From the NCBI GenBank assembly GCA_040290255.1, contig PSMU01000001.1:30958-94957 (forward strand): DNA of 64,000 nt. Reading direction: 5' to 3'. This stretch comes from Nitrososphaerota archaeon (GTDB lineage Archaea > Thermoproteota > Nitrososphaeria > PSMU01). Position 1 is the first letter of the stretch, and each line of letters begins with the position of its first letter. The notes below the pieces were generated by a model that had not been told where the DNA came from, made no database searches, and saw nothing but the letters and a program-made list of their open reading frames with translations. Shown here piece after piece: positions 50,262 through 59,113 of this stretch. The translations under genes and the position numbers were made by a program.

Positions 50262-52262
50262 TTGGAAAGTAACACCAGGCGTGTAAGGGCCATCTTCTCC
50301 GTCGTGGCCAACCCCGTGAGGCTGGATATAATTCAAAAGCTCAACATGAGGGGGAACATGACCTATACAGAGCTCAAGGCGCTGACCGGCTTTAAAGCTA
50401 AGAAGGAATCCGGCAAATTTGCCTACCACTTAAGAAAGCTAGTTAAAGCTAATCTCGTCATGCACTATTCTTCAGATAAGAAATACGGCGTAACGCCGTT
50501 GGGCAAAGCTGTGTTGCTGCTGGCCAGGCAGATTGGCGAGCAGGCCCTGGCGGGCGGCCCCAGGCTCTTGGTTCATACGTCGGATGGCAAAGTGGAGGAG
50601 TTCGCCAGCGAGAAGATCATACAGTCGCTGGTAAAGGAGGCAGGTATGGCGCTTGACTTAGCCTATAATCTGGCAGGCGAGATAGAATCTACTCTCCTTA
50701 AGTTCAGGGCCAGCTATGTGACCACGGCGCTCATCAGGGAACTGATAAACGCTAAGCTCTTTGAAATGAACATGGAGGACTACAGGCATAAGCTGAGCAG
50801 GGTAGGAATATCCGTTCATGACCTCACTCAGGCGCTAGAAGGAGGGGCCACAAACTTCGCCGATACTCATATGTTGAGCAGATGGATGGCAAAGAGGCTC
50901 CTAACAGAGTATGTGTTGCACTATAGGCTTCCTAGGCATCTGGCTGAGTCACACATGGCCGGAGATGTCGGCTTCTCCGACCTTAGCTCGTGGCTGACGG
51001 CCGTCGATACACTGTTCATTAAAGGCGACCTGCAGGGAGAAGCCGGCTGGGTCTTTGAGGTCATACCCCGCTCAAGGGCCCTCATAGAAGGGGAGTGGGG
51101 CGATTCCCTACCAAAGAGGATAATAGGCGTCATCGCCTGCTGCCTTAACGAGGCCTCCCGCGAGGTCGTCGTCGACATCTCCGCCCTTGCTGGGCAAGTG
51201 AATGAGGGGGACGCCCTAGCTATGATGCGGCAGGCGCACATGCTTGCCACGACCGGCGGTTCCACGACCCTACTGACCCTCGCCACAAACGTGCCTTCCG
51301 AGGCCCTGCTCAGGGCCTATCGCAGCTATTGTGCCGAGGTTCCGGTGCCGCTGGTCGCTCTTTCGCTCACGTTCGATAAGGAGCGGCATCGGTCTAAGGT
51401 GTTGATGGACATGCTCTCAGAAATCTTCAGGGCGGGCGGGCTGGTAAGCCTGTGCTCCGGCCAAGGGCCCACGTCTTATTTAGGCATCCATCACAGCGCG
51501 GCCGAAGGCTACCACATAGCTGGGGCCATACATGGCTTTAGTGTTAACCTAGTAAGGCTGGCTTTTGAGAGCGAGGGTGACCCCTCCTACTTCAGGAGTA
51601 AACTCAGCATGGCCTTCAGGCTACTTGCGGAGGCTGCCGAGCAAAGGATGAGGGATCTCTCAAGGCCCACAGTAGGGGGCGCCGGTAGCCTAACACAAAG
51701 GCTCGTGCAAAGAAAGGAGGTAACTGCCACCATAAACTTAATCGGAATGCAGCAGGCAACGAAGGTCTTTGGCAAAGGTAATGATTTCGTGAGCTTACTC
51801 CAAGAGGTCTTAGCGGTCGGAAAGAGGGTCTTTCAAAACGTTGACCTGAAGATCAATTACGGCCTCCTTTTCGACCGCGAGGCGAGCAGGTTCCTCTGGC
51901 TTGATTATCAGAAATATGGCGAAAGGATTCGTGAAGAGGCTGGCATAGCCAAAACACAGGATAGCTACAGCAACGGGTTTGTGATCGAACTAGAAGGGGA
52001 TGGAATAGAGGATAAGGTCAAGGAGCTGAGGACCATAAGCGAGTTGGTTCATAGCAACGTGAGCGTAGGGCTTAGGCTAAGGGATTATGTGGATGATACC
52101 TGCTTTGATAGGATGGCAAGGGCACTGGTTTCGGAGATAGGAGTCGGGAAGCCGGCCTTGGTCTACACCGCCTGCACCGTCTGCTCATCTAAGGTAATAG
52201 GCAATAGGGAGAGGTGCGCCGCCAACGCTCATACCAATGTGAGGGTCTACTCGACCTTCTGA
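50262..52262 (+). CDS. wHTH (ArsR-like) + ATP-cone + class III ribonucleotide reductase (NrdD)-like protein lacking the glycyl-radical motif
   Basis: TTG start about 28 bp from the TATA-like box caaaattttttagc. wHTH NPVRLDIIQKLN..MTYTELKALTG..FAYHLRKLVKANLV. ATP-cone LLVHTSDGKVEEFASEKIIQSLVKEAG. NrdD-like blocks AESHMAGDVGFSDL, SLCSGQGPTSYLG, GFSVNLVRLAFESEGD. C-terminus CTVCSSKVIGNRERCAANAHTNVRVYSTF-stop. Confidence 0.6.
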   Translation: MESNTRRVRAIFSVVANPVRLDIIQKLNMRGNMTYTELKALTGFKAKKESGKFAYHLRKLVKANLVMHYSSDKKYGVTPLGKAVLLLARQIGEQALAGGPRLLVHTSDGKVEEFASEKIIQSLVKEAGMALDLAYNLAGEIESTLLKFRASYVTTALIRELINAKLFEMNMEDYRHKLSRVGISVHDLTQALEGGATNFADTHMLSRWMAKRLLTEYVLHYRLPRHLAESHMAGDVGFSDLSSWLTAVDTLFIKGDLQGEAGWVFEVIPRSRALIEGEWGDSLPKRIIGVIACCLNEASREVVVDISALAGQVNEGDALAMMRQAHMLATTGGSTTLLTLATNVPSEALLRAYRSYCAEVPVPLVALSLTFDKERHRSKVLMDMLSEIFRAGGLVSLCSGQGPTSYLGIHHSAAEGYHIAGAIHGFSVNLVRLAFESEGDPSYFRSKLSMAFRLLAEAAEQRMRDLSRPTVGGAGSLTQRLVQRKEVTATINLIGMQQATKVFGKGNDFVSLLQEVLAVGKRVFQNVDLKINYGLLFDREASRFLWLDYQKYGERIREEAGIAKTQDSYSNGFVIELEGDGIEDKVKELRTISELVHSNVSVGLRLRDYVDDTCFDRMARALVSEIGVGKPALVYTACTVCSSKVIGNRERCAANAHTNVRVYSTF

Positions 52263-53209
52263 ACCGCATCTAAAACTATTTCATCATTCAGGATCAGCGC
52301 CAGTAAGGCAGCGCGGAGCCATACGCCGTAGTGGGCCTGCCTAAAATAGCAGGCAAAGGGAGTCCTGTCGACCTCGGGCGATATCTCGTCCGTCTTGGGG
52401 AGCGGGTGCAGTATTATTAAGTCTGACTTGGCGCCTTCCAGCGATCCTAGGTCGACTCTATACGAGCCTCTTACCTTCTCGTATTCGTTGGGGTCGGGGA
52501 AGCGTTCACGTTGTATCCTAGTGACGTAGAGCACATCTAGCTCAGGCAAGCATTCCTTTAGCTCCCTTAGCTCTCTTATGTCAAGCCTGTTTGAAATGTC
52601 CTCGAATACCTCGCGCCTGAGGCGTAGCGAAGGAGGCGAGATGAGCCTAATCCTTAGATGCCCTTGCATTTTTACCAAGGCGTAGAGCAGCGACGGAACG
52701 GTGCGACTATACTTCAGATCGCCCAGGATGCCTATAGTGAGTCCATCGAGCCGGCCCTTCAATTTCCAGATCGTATATAGGTCCAAGAGCGCCTGTGTTG
52801 GATGTTCCTCGGTCCCACTGCCAGCATTTATCACGGGCTTTTCGCTCACGATGGACGCATATCTACTGGCGCCCTCCATCGGGTGTCGCATCACGATCAC
52901 ATCCGCATAGCCCTCCAGTACCTTCACCGTATCGTGGAGGGTTTCTCCCTTCGCCAGAGAGGTGGTCTGGGGTTCATCGAAGCCTATCCACGAAGCGCCA
53001 ATGGTGGCTACCGCCGCTTCGAAGCTGAGCTTGGTCCTCGTACTAGGCTCGAGGAACATAAGCGCCGCTATTTTGCCCTCGCCCAGCGCCCTCCTTTGTC
53101 GGGGGGACACCGCCTGTAGCCTATCCGTTAGCTCAAAGAGGGACCACATATCTTCGGCGGAAAGGTCCTTTACCGAAATTATGTCCCTGCCGTGCAACGG
53201 TGACTTCAT
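52247..53209 (-). CDS. pyrB: Aspartate carbamoyltransferase catalytic subunit
   Basis: FLEPSTRTKLSFEAA, MRHP, HPTQALLD, HPLPKTDEI. Start taken at Met7 (ATG 53209), 32 bp from the shared AT-rich core. The ORF extends to 53227. Confidence 0.93.
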   Translation of the reverse strand: MKSPLHGRDIISVKDLSAEDMWSLFELTDRLQAVSPRQRRALGEGKIAALMFLEPSTRTKLSFEAAVATIGASWIGFDEPQTTSLAKGETLHDTVKVLEGYADVIVMRHPMEGASRYASIVSEKPVINAGSGTEEHPTQALLDLYTIWKLKGRLDGLTIGILGDLKYSRTVPSLLYALVKMQGHLRIRLISPPSLRLRREVFEDISNRLDIRELRELKECLPELDVLYVTRIQRERFPDPNEYEKVRGSYRVDLGSLEGAKSDLIILHPLPKTDEISPEVDRTPFACYFRQAHYGVWLRAALLALILNDEIVLDAVQKVE

Positions 53210-53232
53210 TCCCTTTGAAGGTATCAATGAGG

Positions 53233-53249
53233 GAATAAATAATTATCTA
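53233..53249. promoter_or_regulatory. Shared AT-rich core between divergent pyrB and pyrI
   Basis: gaataaataattatcta is centred about 32 bp from pyrB ATG 53209 and about 28 bp from pyrI GTG 53269. Confidence 0.45.
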
Positions 53250-53268
53250 GTCCCGGCACAAGCGTGGG

Positions 53269-53754
53269 GTGTCCAAGGAACTAAAAGATGAGGAAAGCCT
53301 TATCGTCAGGCGCATAAAGGAAGGCACGGTCATCGACCACATAACGGCTGGAAGGGCATTGAGGGTGCTGGAGATTCTAGGCATAAGGGGGGAGGCCGAT
53401 AACGTGGTCACCGTGGCCATAAATGTGCCAAGCCATAAGCTAGGAAAGAAGGACATAGTGAAGATAGAGGGACGATTTCTTAGTGCCGACGAGACCAATA
53501 AGATCGCGCTGATAGCGCCGCATGCGACCATAAACATCATCCGGGGTTATAGAGTAGTCCAGAAGAGAAAGGTTGAGCTGCCAAAGGAATTCGTGAATGT
53601 GTTTCGGTGCCCATACCCAACCTGCGTCAGCAACTCAGCGGCGGAGCCGATTGTGCCAATCCTCGTTGTCGTATCCGCGGACAGGCCTCAGCTCAGATGC
53701 TTTTACTGCTCACGCATTATAGAGGTGGAGGACATCATCAGGCAGATCGTATAA
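53269..53754 (+). CDS. pyrI: Aspartate carbamoyltransferase regulatory subunit
   Basis: VRRIKEGTVIDHITAGRALRVLEILGI, VKIEGRFLS, and the Zn domain CPYPTCVSN...LRCFYCSRI. Confidence 0.93.
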   Translation: MSKELKDEESLIVRRIKEGTVIDHITAGRALRVLEILGIRGEADNVVTVAINVPSHKLGKKDIVKIEGRFLSADETNKIALIAPHATINIIRGYRVVQKRKVELPKEFVNVFRCPYPTCVSNSAAEPIVPILVVVSADRPQLRCFYCSRIIEVEDIIRQIV

Positions 53755-53794
53755 GGCGATAAGGCTGGACAGAGGGGGTGGATAAGATGCGTAG

Positions 53795-54112
53795 CTACGG
53801 CACCTTGGCCAACATCAGGAAGGCGATGGCCAGCCCGTAAATTGCTATCGCCTCTCCCAGCGCGGTTATGATCAGCGCGAAGGTCTGCAGTTCTGACTTT
53901 TCGGCGGTAGCCGCAAGGCCAGCCGCGCCTGCCCTACCGATGGCCAGGCCTGCTCCCACGGCGGCCAGCCCGAATCCGAGTCCTATTCCTATCAAGGCAA
54001 GCCCCCTTTCAGTAGCTTGCGGCGCGGCTTGGTCCTGCCCAAACGAAGGAGCGACGCCGCCAAGGATGAGGCTTAAGGCTAACAGGCCCAGCAGAAGAGT
54101 TTGCAAACGCAT
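53795..54112 (-). CDS. atpK: A-type ATP synthase proteolipid subunit K (c)
   Basis: GLAAVGAGLAIGRAGAAGLAA...ITALGEAIAIYGLAIAFLML, with the essential Glu in helix 2. An extra N-terminal hydrophobic segment is present. Confidence 0.88.
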   Translation of the reverse strand: MRLQTLLLGLLALSLILGGVAPSFGQDQAAPQATERGLALIGIGLGFGLAAVGAGLAIGRAGAAGLAATAEKSELQTFALIITALGEAIAIYGLAIAFLMLAKVP

Positions 54113-54140
54113 GGGACGGCCCTGCCTAGGGCCACGTTAT

Positions 54141-54269
54141 TTATATTTTTTCGGCCAGAAGCCTCGCATACTTTTCCAATAGCTCCGAGAGCTTGGCCTT
54201 CAACTTGGTCCTGCTCTCCTCGTAAGCTTTACGCAGCCTCTCTTCCGCGGCGCTGTACTTCTTAGCCAT
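54141..54269 (-). CDS. Possible small coiled-coil ORF (42 aa) between atpD and atpK
   Basis: Own translation: MAKKYSAAEERLRKAYEESRTKLKAKLSELLEKYARLLAEKI. GAGGAG lies 3 nt upstream of the ATG. There is no other explanation for the 186-bp atpD-atpK gap. Confidence 0.3.
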   Translation of the reverse strand: MAKKYSAAEERLRKAYEESRTKLKAKLSELLEKYARLLAEKI

Positions 54270-54298
54270 CAGCTCCTCGATCGACTTACGATCCGTCT

Positions 54299-54946
54299 CT
54301 ATTGCCCCTCACCCCTAGCGAGCACCGCCTTTACCCTCTTTAACCTTACGAACTCCTCCCTTTCGCGCTCCTCTAGCACAGAGGATATGAACTTCATGCG
54401 CTCTTTGTAGGTGGGTATTATGACATACTCGAGCGCGTTAATTAACCTCTGAGTCCTCTCAAGCTCCTTGGCAAGCCTGATGATCGTGCTCTCCAGCTCG
54501 GCGGCCTTCACGAGAAGGGGGAATGTATCCTTCATATGAAAGACGTACTCATCGAGCTCAGGAGGAGTGTCAGCGAAGCCGTATTGTATTGGGCTCTCGG
54601 ACTTCCTATTCACGAGACGTATCGAGGGCATATCTATGTCTAAGACCCTCTTCAGTTCTATTTCTACCTCATACAACGGGGGGGTGGTCGCAGCGATGGA
54701 GAAGATCCTAGAGGAGCCGGCCTTTAATAGCGCCGCCAGATACAGGCCGTATGCCCGCTCCAAGGAACCCTGCAGTAGGCCCGAGACCTTTTCCGATTCA
54801 TCCACGACCTCCTCTAATTTCTTCAATATCACCTCCCTTTTATCCTCTAGGATCCTATGCACGGCTTCAGCCACCTTTACGCTGCGCTTGAGCCTTATCA
54901 GCTCGATCTTAGTCGGCTGAACCTTGCCCCCCAGCGTCTGGGACAT
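54299..54946 (-). CDS. atpD: A-type ATP synthase subunit D
   Basis: VQPTKIELIRLKRSVKVAEAVHRILEDKREVIL...RTQRLINALEYVIIP is the subunit D pattern. Confidence 0.9.
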   Translation of the reverse strand: MSQTLGGKVQPTKIELIRLKRSVKVAEAVHRILEDKREVILKKLEEVVDESEKVSGLLQGSLERAYGLYLAALLKAGSSRIFSIAATTPPLYEVEIELKRVLDIDMPSIRLVNRKSESPIQYGFADTPPELDEYVFHMKDTFPLLVKAAELESTIIRLAKELERTQRLINALEYVIIPTYKERMKFISSVLEEREREEFVRLKRVKAVLARGEGQ

Positions 54947-54948
54947 GC

Positions 54949-56355
54949 CTACGGGGTGGCGCCGGCCGTCCTGTAGTAGCGCTTTATGTGCGCAGGCTTT
55001 ATTTTAGTTAGCTCGGCTTCAGGCAGCGTCGAAAGGATGTCCCAAGCCAGGTCCAGCGTCTGCTCGATGGTTCTATTTTCATTGGGGGCCTGCTTCAGGA
55101 AGCGCTGCTCGAAGGCCTCGCCGAATTCTATATATTTTAGGTCGATCGGGCTCAGGCTGGCCCTGCCCACTATCTCCGCAAGCGCCCTTATATCTTGGGC
55201 CCTGGCGTAAGCGCTGTAGAGCTGATTGCTCACATCAGCATGGTCCTCCCTAGTTTTGCCGGCGCCTATGCCATCTTTCATCAGCCTGCTTAAGGACATC
55301 AGGACGTTCACCGGCGGGTATATGCCACGGTTGTATAACTCGCGCCCAAGCACGATCTGCCCTTCAGTTATGTAGCCTGTGAGGTCAGGAATAGGGTGCG
55401 TTATGTCGTCCGCAGGCATCGATAGAATGGGCATCTGAGTTATGCTACCCTTCTTGCCCTTTATCCTGCCGGCGCGCTCATAGATGGTGGCTAAATCCGT
55501 ATAGAGATAGCCGGGGTAACCCTTTCTCCCTGGCACCTCTTCGCGTGCGGCGCTGATCTCCCTAAGCGCCTCCGCATAGTTGGTCATATCGGTAAGCACT
55601 ACGAGCACATGCATGCCGGCTTCATAGGCAAGATGCTCTGCAACCGTCAACGCTACGCGAGGAGTCACCACGCGCTCTATGGCTGGGTCGTCGGCCAAGT
55701 TCAGGAAGAGGACGCTACGCTTTAGAGCGCCCGTAGCTTCAAGGCTGCGCCTGAAGAAGGCCGCCTCAGAGTACTGCACGCCTATGGCCGCGAAGACCAC
55801 CGCGAATTCTTCGCCCGTCACGACGGTAGCCTGCGAAGCTATCTGCGCGGCCAACATGGCGTGAGGAAGGCCGGCGCCCGAGAAGATGGGCAGCTTCTGC
55901 CCCCTCACAAGGGTATTCATGCCATCAAGGACTGAGACGCCGGTCTGTATGAAGTCCGTTGGATAATCCCTCCTTTCGGGATTGATAGGGGCGCCATTCA
56001 CATCTTGGTAAGATGCGCCTATAGGCTCCGGCAGCCCATCCAAGGGCCTGCCCAGCCCATCGAGGACCCTGCCTAAGTAGTCCTCCGAAACAGGTATCTT
56101 GAGCGTCTCACCGGTAAACCGCACTTTGGTGGATGTAGTCGAGAGTCCTAGGGTGCCTTCGAAGACTTGAACCACCGCCAAGCCCTTGCCCGTTTCTAGG
56201 ACACGGCCCAGACGCCTTTCGCCATCCTGCGTCTCTATCTCCACCAGCTCTTCATAGGCTGCTCTCTCCACTCCCCCTACGACCAGTAAGGGGCCCCTGA
56301 TCTCCCTAATGCTAGTATACTCTATTCCTCCGCGTGTGCCCTTGACCTCAGGCAA
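54949..56355 (-). CDS. atpB: A-type ATP synthase subunit B
   Basis: [67 protein letters not shown]. Confidence 0.96.
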   Translation of the reverse strand: MPEVKGTRGGIEYTSIREIRGPLLVVGGVERAAYEELVEIETQDGERRLGRVLETGKGLAVVQVFEGTLGLSTTSTKVRFTGETLKIPVSEDYLGRVLDGLGRPLDGLPEPIGASYQDVNGAPINPERRDYPTDFIQTGVSVLDGMNTLVRGQKLPIFSGAGLPHAMLAAQIASQATVVTGEEFAVVFAAIGVQYSEAAFFRRSLEATGALKRSVLFLNLADDPAIERVVTPRVALTVAEHLAYEAGMHVLVVLTDMTNYAEALREISAAREEVPGRKGYPGYLYTDLATIYERAGRIKGKKGSITQMPILSMPADDITHPIPDLTGYITEGQIVLGRELYNRGIYPPVNVLMSLSRLMKDGIGAGKTREDHADVSNQLYSAYARAQDIRALAEIVGRASLSPIDLKYIEFGEAFEQRFLKQAPNENRTIEQTLDLAWDILSTLPEAELTKIKPAHIKRYYRTAGATP

Positions 56356-58132
56356 CTCTCTCCACCACCTTTCCTAGGAGGGCCTTGAACGCCTCCTCCA
56401 CTTCCTTCTTCAGGACGTCTAATTTTTCCAACTCCTTCTCGGAGACCTCAAACCGCGCCCTCATCAGCGAGGAGATTACTGGGAGGGACCGTATGCGGGA
56501 GAGCGGAACTCCCTTCTGCAAGGCCAGGTTGGCGTTCTTATAGAAGGTCAGCAGGAGGTCGAGCAGCTTCACCTGCTTTAGGGGACTACAGTAAGCATCT
56601 ATTTCGTCAAAGGCGTTCTGCTGAAGGAAGCCCTCCTTTATTATACGCGCTACGTCTAAGATCAGCTTCTCCGAGTCGGGCAGGGCCTCAGGCCCCAGCA
56701 GCCTGACGATTTCCCTCAGCGCGTCCTCCCTGAGGAGCACCTCATAAGCTAGGCTTCTCTTCTCGTACCATTGCCTATCCACGTTCTCTATCCACCAGTG
56801 CTTGACCTGCTCGACGTATCCGCTGTAACTCTGCACCCAGTTTATTGCAGGATAATGCCTGGAATACGCGAGCTTCGTATCGAGTGCCCAGAATACCTTT
56901 ATGAAGCGCAAAGTGTTCATAGTTACCGGCTCAGTGAAGTCAGCTCCTGAAGGAGATACCGCGCCGATGATGGTGACGGAACCCATTCGCTCTGGTGTGC
57001 CTAGAGCCTTAACCCTTCCAGCCCTCTCATAGAACTCAGCCAGCCGGCTAGCCAAGTAGGGCGGAAATCCCTCCTCCGCCGGCATTTCTTCTAGCCTCCC
57101 GCTAACTTCCCTTAGGGCTTCGGCCCACCTGCTCGTAGAATCGGCCACAAGCACCACATCATAGCCCTGGTCCCTATAGTACTCAGCAATGGTAACACCT
57201 GTATAAATGCTGGCCTCGCGAGCTGCCACGGGCATATTGCTTGTGTTGGCTATCAGCACGGTCCGCTCCATGAGGGGCCTGCCGCTGTAGGGATCCTTTA
57301 ACTCGGGGAATCTGACTAGGACCTCGGTCATCTCATTTCCGCGTTCGCCGCACCCTATGTATATCACTACCTTAGCGTCAGCCCAAGCGGCGATCTGATG
57401 TAATGTTACCGTCTTACCGGTGCCGAACCCGCCCGGTATCGCCCCCGTCCCTCCCTTCGCCATTGGGAAGAGGGTATCTAAGATCCTCTGGCCAGTTATA
57501 AGTGGAAGTGTGGGATCGAGCCTCTCTAGATAGGGCCTAGCTCTTCGCACAGGCCACAGGTGATAAAGGAAGAGGTCCGAACGAACGCCATCACGCTCGA
57601 TCCTAGCCACCGGATCCTTCAAGGTGTACTTCCCATCCTTTACTATATCGATCACTATCCCGTGCATGTGAGGCGGAGCTAAGATCTTGTGTTCCACAAT
57701 GGGCGTTTCCTGAACAAAGCCCAACACATCGCCGCCTGTAAGCTTCGCGCCCTTGCTTATCAGGGGCCTAAACTCCCACTTGACATCCTGATCTAGAGCC
57801 GGAACCGAGATGCCTCGCCTTATGAAGTGTCCGCTGATCTTGGAAAGCAGCGAGAGGGGGCGTTGTATGCCATCAAAGATGGTGCCTAAAAGGCCTGGGC
57901 CCAGCGAAACCGAAAGGGGCTGACCTGTGGAATAGACGGGATCCCCGGGCCTAAGCCCCGAAGTGCTCTCATAGACCTGTATGAAAGCTATGTCGCCGGA
58001 AAGCCTGACGATCTCTCCGATCAACTTATCCTCGCCTACCTTCACTACCTCGTACATCTTAGGGTTGGGCAGACCGGAGGCCTTTACCAGAGGGCCGCTC
58101 ACGTAGATGACGGCGCCCTTAGCTGTCTCCAT
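56348..58132 (-). CDS. atpA: A-type ATP synthase catalytic subunit A
   Basis: Walker [53 protein letters not shown]. 594 aa; no intein. Confidence 0.96.
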   Translation of the reverse strand: METAKGAVIYVSGPLVKASGLPNPKMYEVVKVGEDKLIGEIVRLSGDIAFIQVYESTSGLRPGDPVYSTGQPLSVSLGPGLLGTIFDGIQRPLSLLSKISGHFIRRGISVPALDQDVKWEFRPLISKGAKLTGGDVLGFVQETPIVEHKILAPPHMHGIVIDIVKDGKYTLKDPVARIERDGVRSDLFLYHLWPVRRARPYLERLDPTLPLITGQRILDTLFPMAKGGTGAIPGGFGTGKTVTLHQIAAWADAKVVIYIGCGERGNEMTEVLVRFPELKDPYSGRPLMERTVLIANTSNMPVAAREASIYTGVTIAEYYRDQGYDVVLVADSTSRWAEALREVSGRLEEMPAEEGFPPYLASRLAEFYERAGRVKALGTPERMGSVTIIGAVSPSGADFTEPVTMNTLRFIKVFWALDTKLAYSRHYPAINWVQSYSGYVEQVKHWWIENVDRQWYEKRSLAYEVLLREDALREIVRLLGPEALPDSEKLILDVARIIKEGFLQQNAFDEIDAYCSPLKQVKLLDLLLTFYKNANLALQKGVPLSRIRSLPVISSLMRARFEVSEKELEKLDVLKKEVEEAFKALLGKVVERVA

Positions 58133-58748
58133 GCCTGACCAACCTGTAGATTTCAGCCCGTATATCTGCCTTAGCCCTCTGTAGCCTAGCTTCGACCGTA
58201 TTATTGACGGCCAGCTTACCGTCTAAGCTCACGAGCCTTAGCCCTCCTGCGGTTATAATGTGGTCCTTGGCCATCTTCAGGGCGTAACCTCTGGCGTTAA
58301 ACTCATGTAACAGATCCTCCATAAGCTTTGAATCCTCGGCAGCCACCTCTACGTAGCCCTCCCTTATCCCGCTAAGCCCCAACGCCTCCTCAAGTAGCTT
58401 TGCCAGAACCAGCCTATATTTCTTTGGCTGGCGTCTTAATTCACCTAGCCTTCGCTTTGCTTCCTCCAGCACCTCCTCCATATACCCTTCTAGCTTTCCC
58501 AGCGAGACCTGTTTTAGCTCCAGTTCAAGCTGTGCTGCCTGTTGTCTCTTGTAGGACTCCGCTTCCTCTGTTATCTCATTCAGTTTGGCGATCAGGGAGG
58601 CCAGGCGGGCCTTTCGCTCCTTATCGAGTTCTTCCAAAAGGCCCTGAAAATATTGTTTCAGCTGCTCTTCGATACGGCGTTCTAGATCGCCTACTACCTC
58701 TGAAAGCAGGGAATGCGCTCTCTCCCTGCCACTTTCGCCGGCGCTCAT
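58119..58748 (-). CDS. atpE: A-type ATP synthase subunit E
   Basis: Long N-terminal coiled coil and a C-terminal globular part ([22 protein letters not shown]). Sits between atpF and atpA. Confidence 0.8.
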   Translation of the reverse strand: MSAGESGRERAHSLLSEVVGDLERRIEEQLKQYFQGLLEELDKERKARLASLIAKLNEITEEAESYKRQQAAQLELELKQVSLGKLEGYMEEVLEEAKRRLGELRRQPKKYRLVLAKLLEEALGLSGIREGYVEVAAEDSKLMEDLLHEFNARGYALKMAKDHIITAGGLRLVSLDGKLAVNNTVEARLQRAKADIRAEIYRLVRHGDS

Positions 58749-59041
58749 ACTCCTAGTATTTGCTTTATCAATTTCCTATAATCTCTGGCCTTAGAAGCGG
58801 CCCCCGGCCTAGGCACCGAGAAGATCAAGGGCAGTGACCTTGACTTTCTCGTCTCGGTCAGGAAGCCTTCTAGAGGAGCTGCGAGGTTCTCGTCCAATAA
58901 GATAAGGCCCACATCGCTGGCCCTGCTCAGTTCGGTCAACATATCCTTAGCTTGCTCCGCGTCGCTCACTGCGTAGCCCTCGATGCCTGTTAACCGAAGG
59001 CCATTGACGAATACCTCGTCGCCAACAGCTATTATCTTCAC
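58745..59041 (-). CDS. atpF: A-type ATP synthase subunit F
   Basis: MKIIAVGDEVFVNGLRLTGIEGYAV...VGLILLDENL is the subunit F pattern. Confidence 0.85.
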   Translation of the reverse strand: MKIIAVGDEVFVNGLRLTGIEGYAVSDAEQAKDMLTELSRASDVGLILLDENLAAPLEGFLTETRKSRSLPLIFSVPRPGAASKARDYRKLIKQILGV

Positions 59042-59113
59042 GCCTGGCCGATAGAGGGCGCCGCCTTAAAGTTATCGGGGTGTAATAATTTAAGAGGGGA
59101 AGCGCGGGCTCCC

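Noticed and set aside
50262-52262. Annotating this ORF simply as an anaerobic ribonucleotide reductase NrdD.
   Set aside because: The C-terminus lacks the RxxGY glycyl-radical motif and half of the Zn ribbon. The HIHD block is degenerate, an N-terminal wHTH is present, and no nrdG is nearby. The genome also encodes heme A synthase, indicating an aerobic lifestyle.
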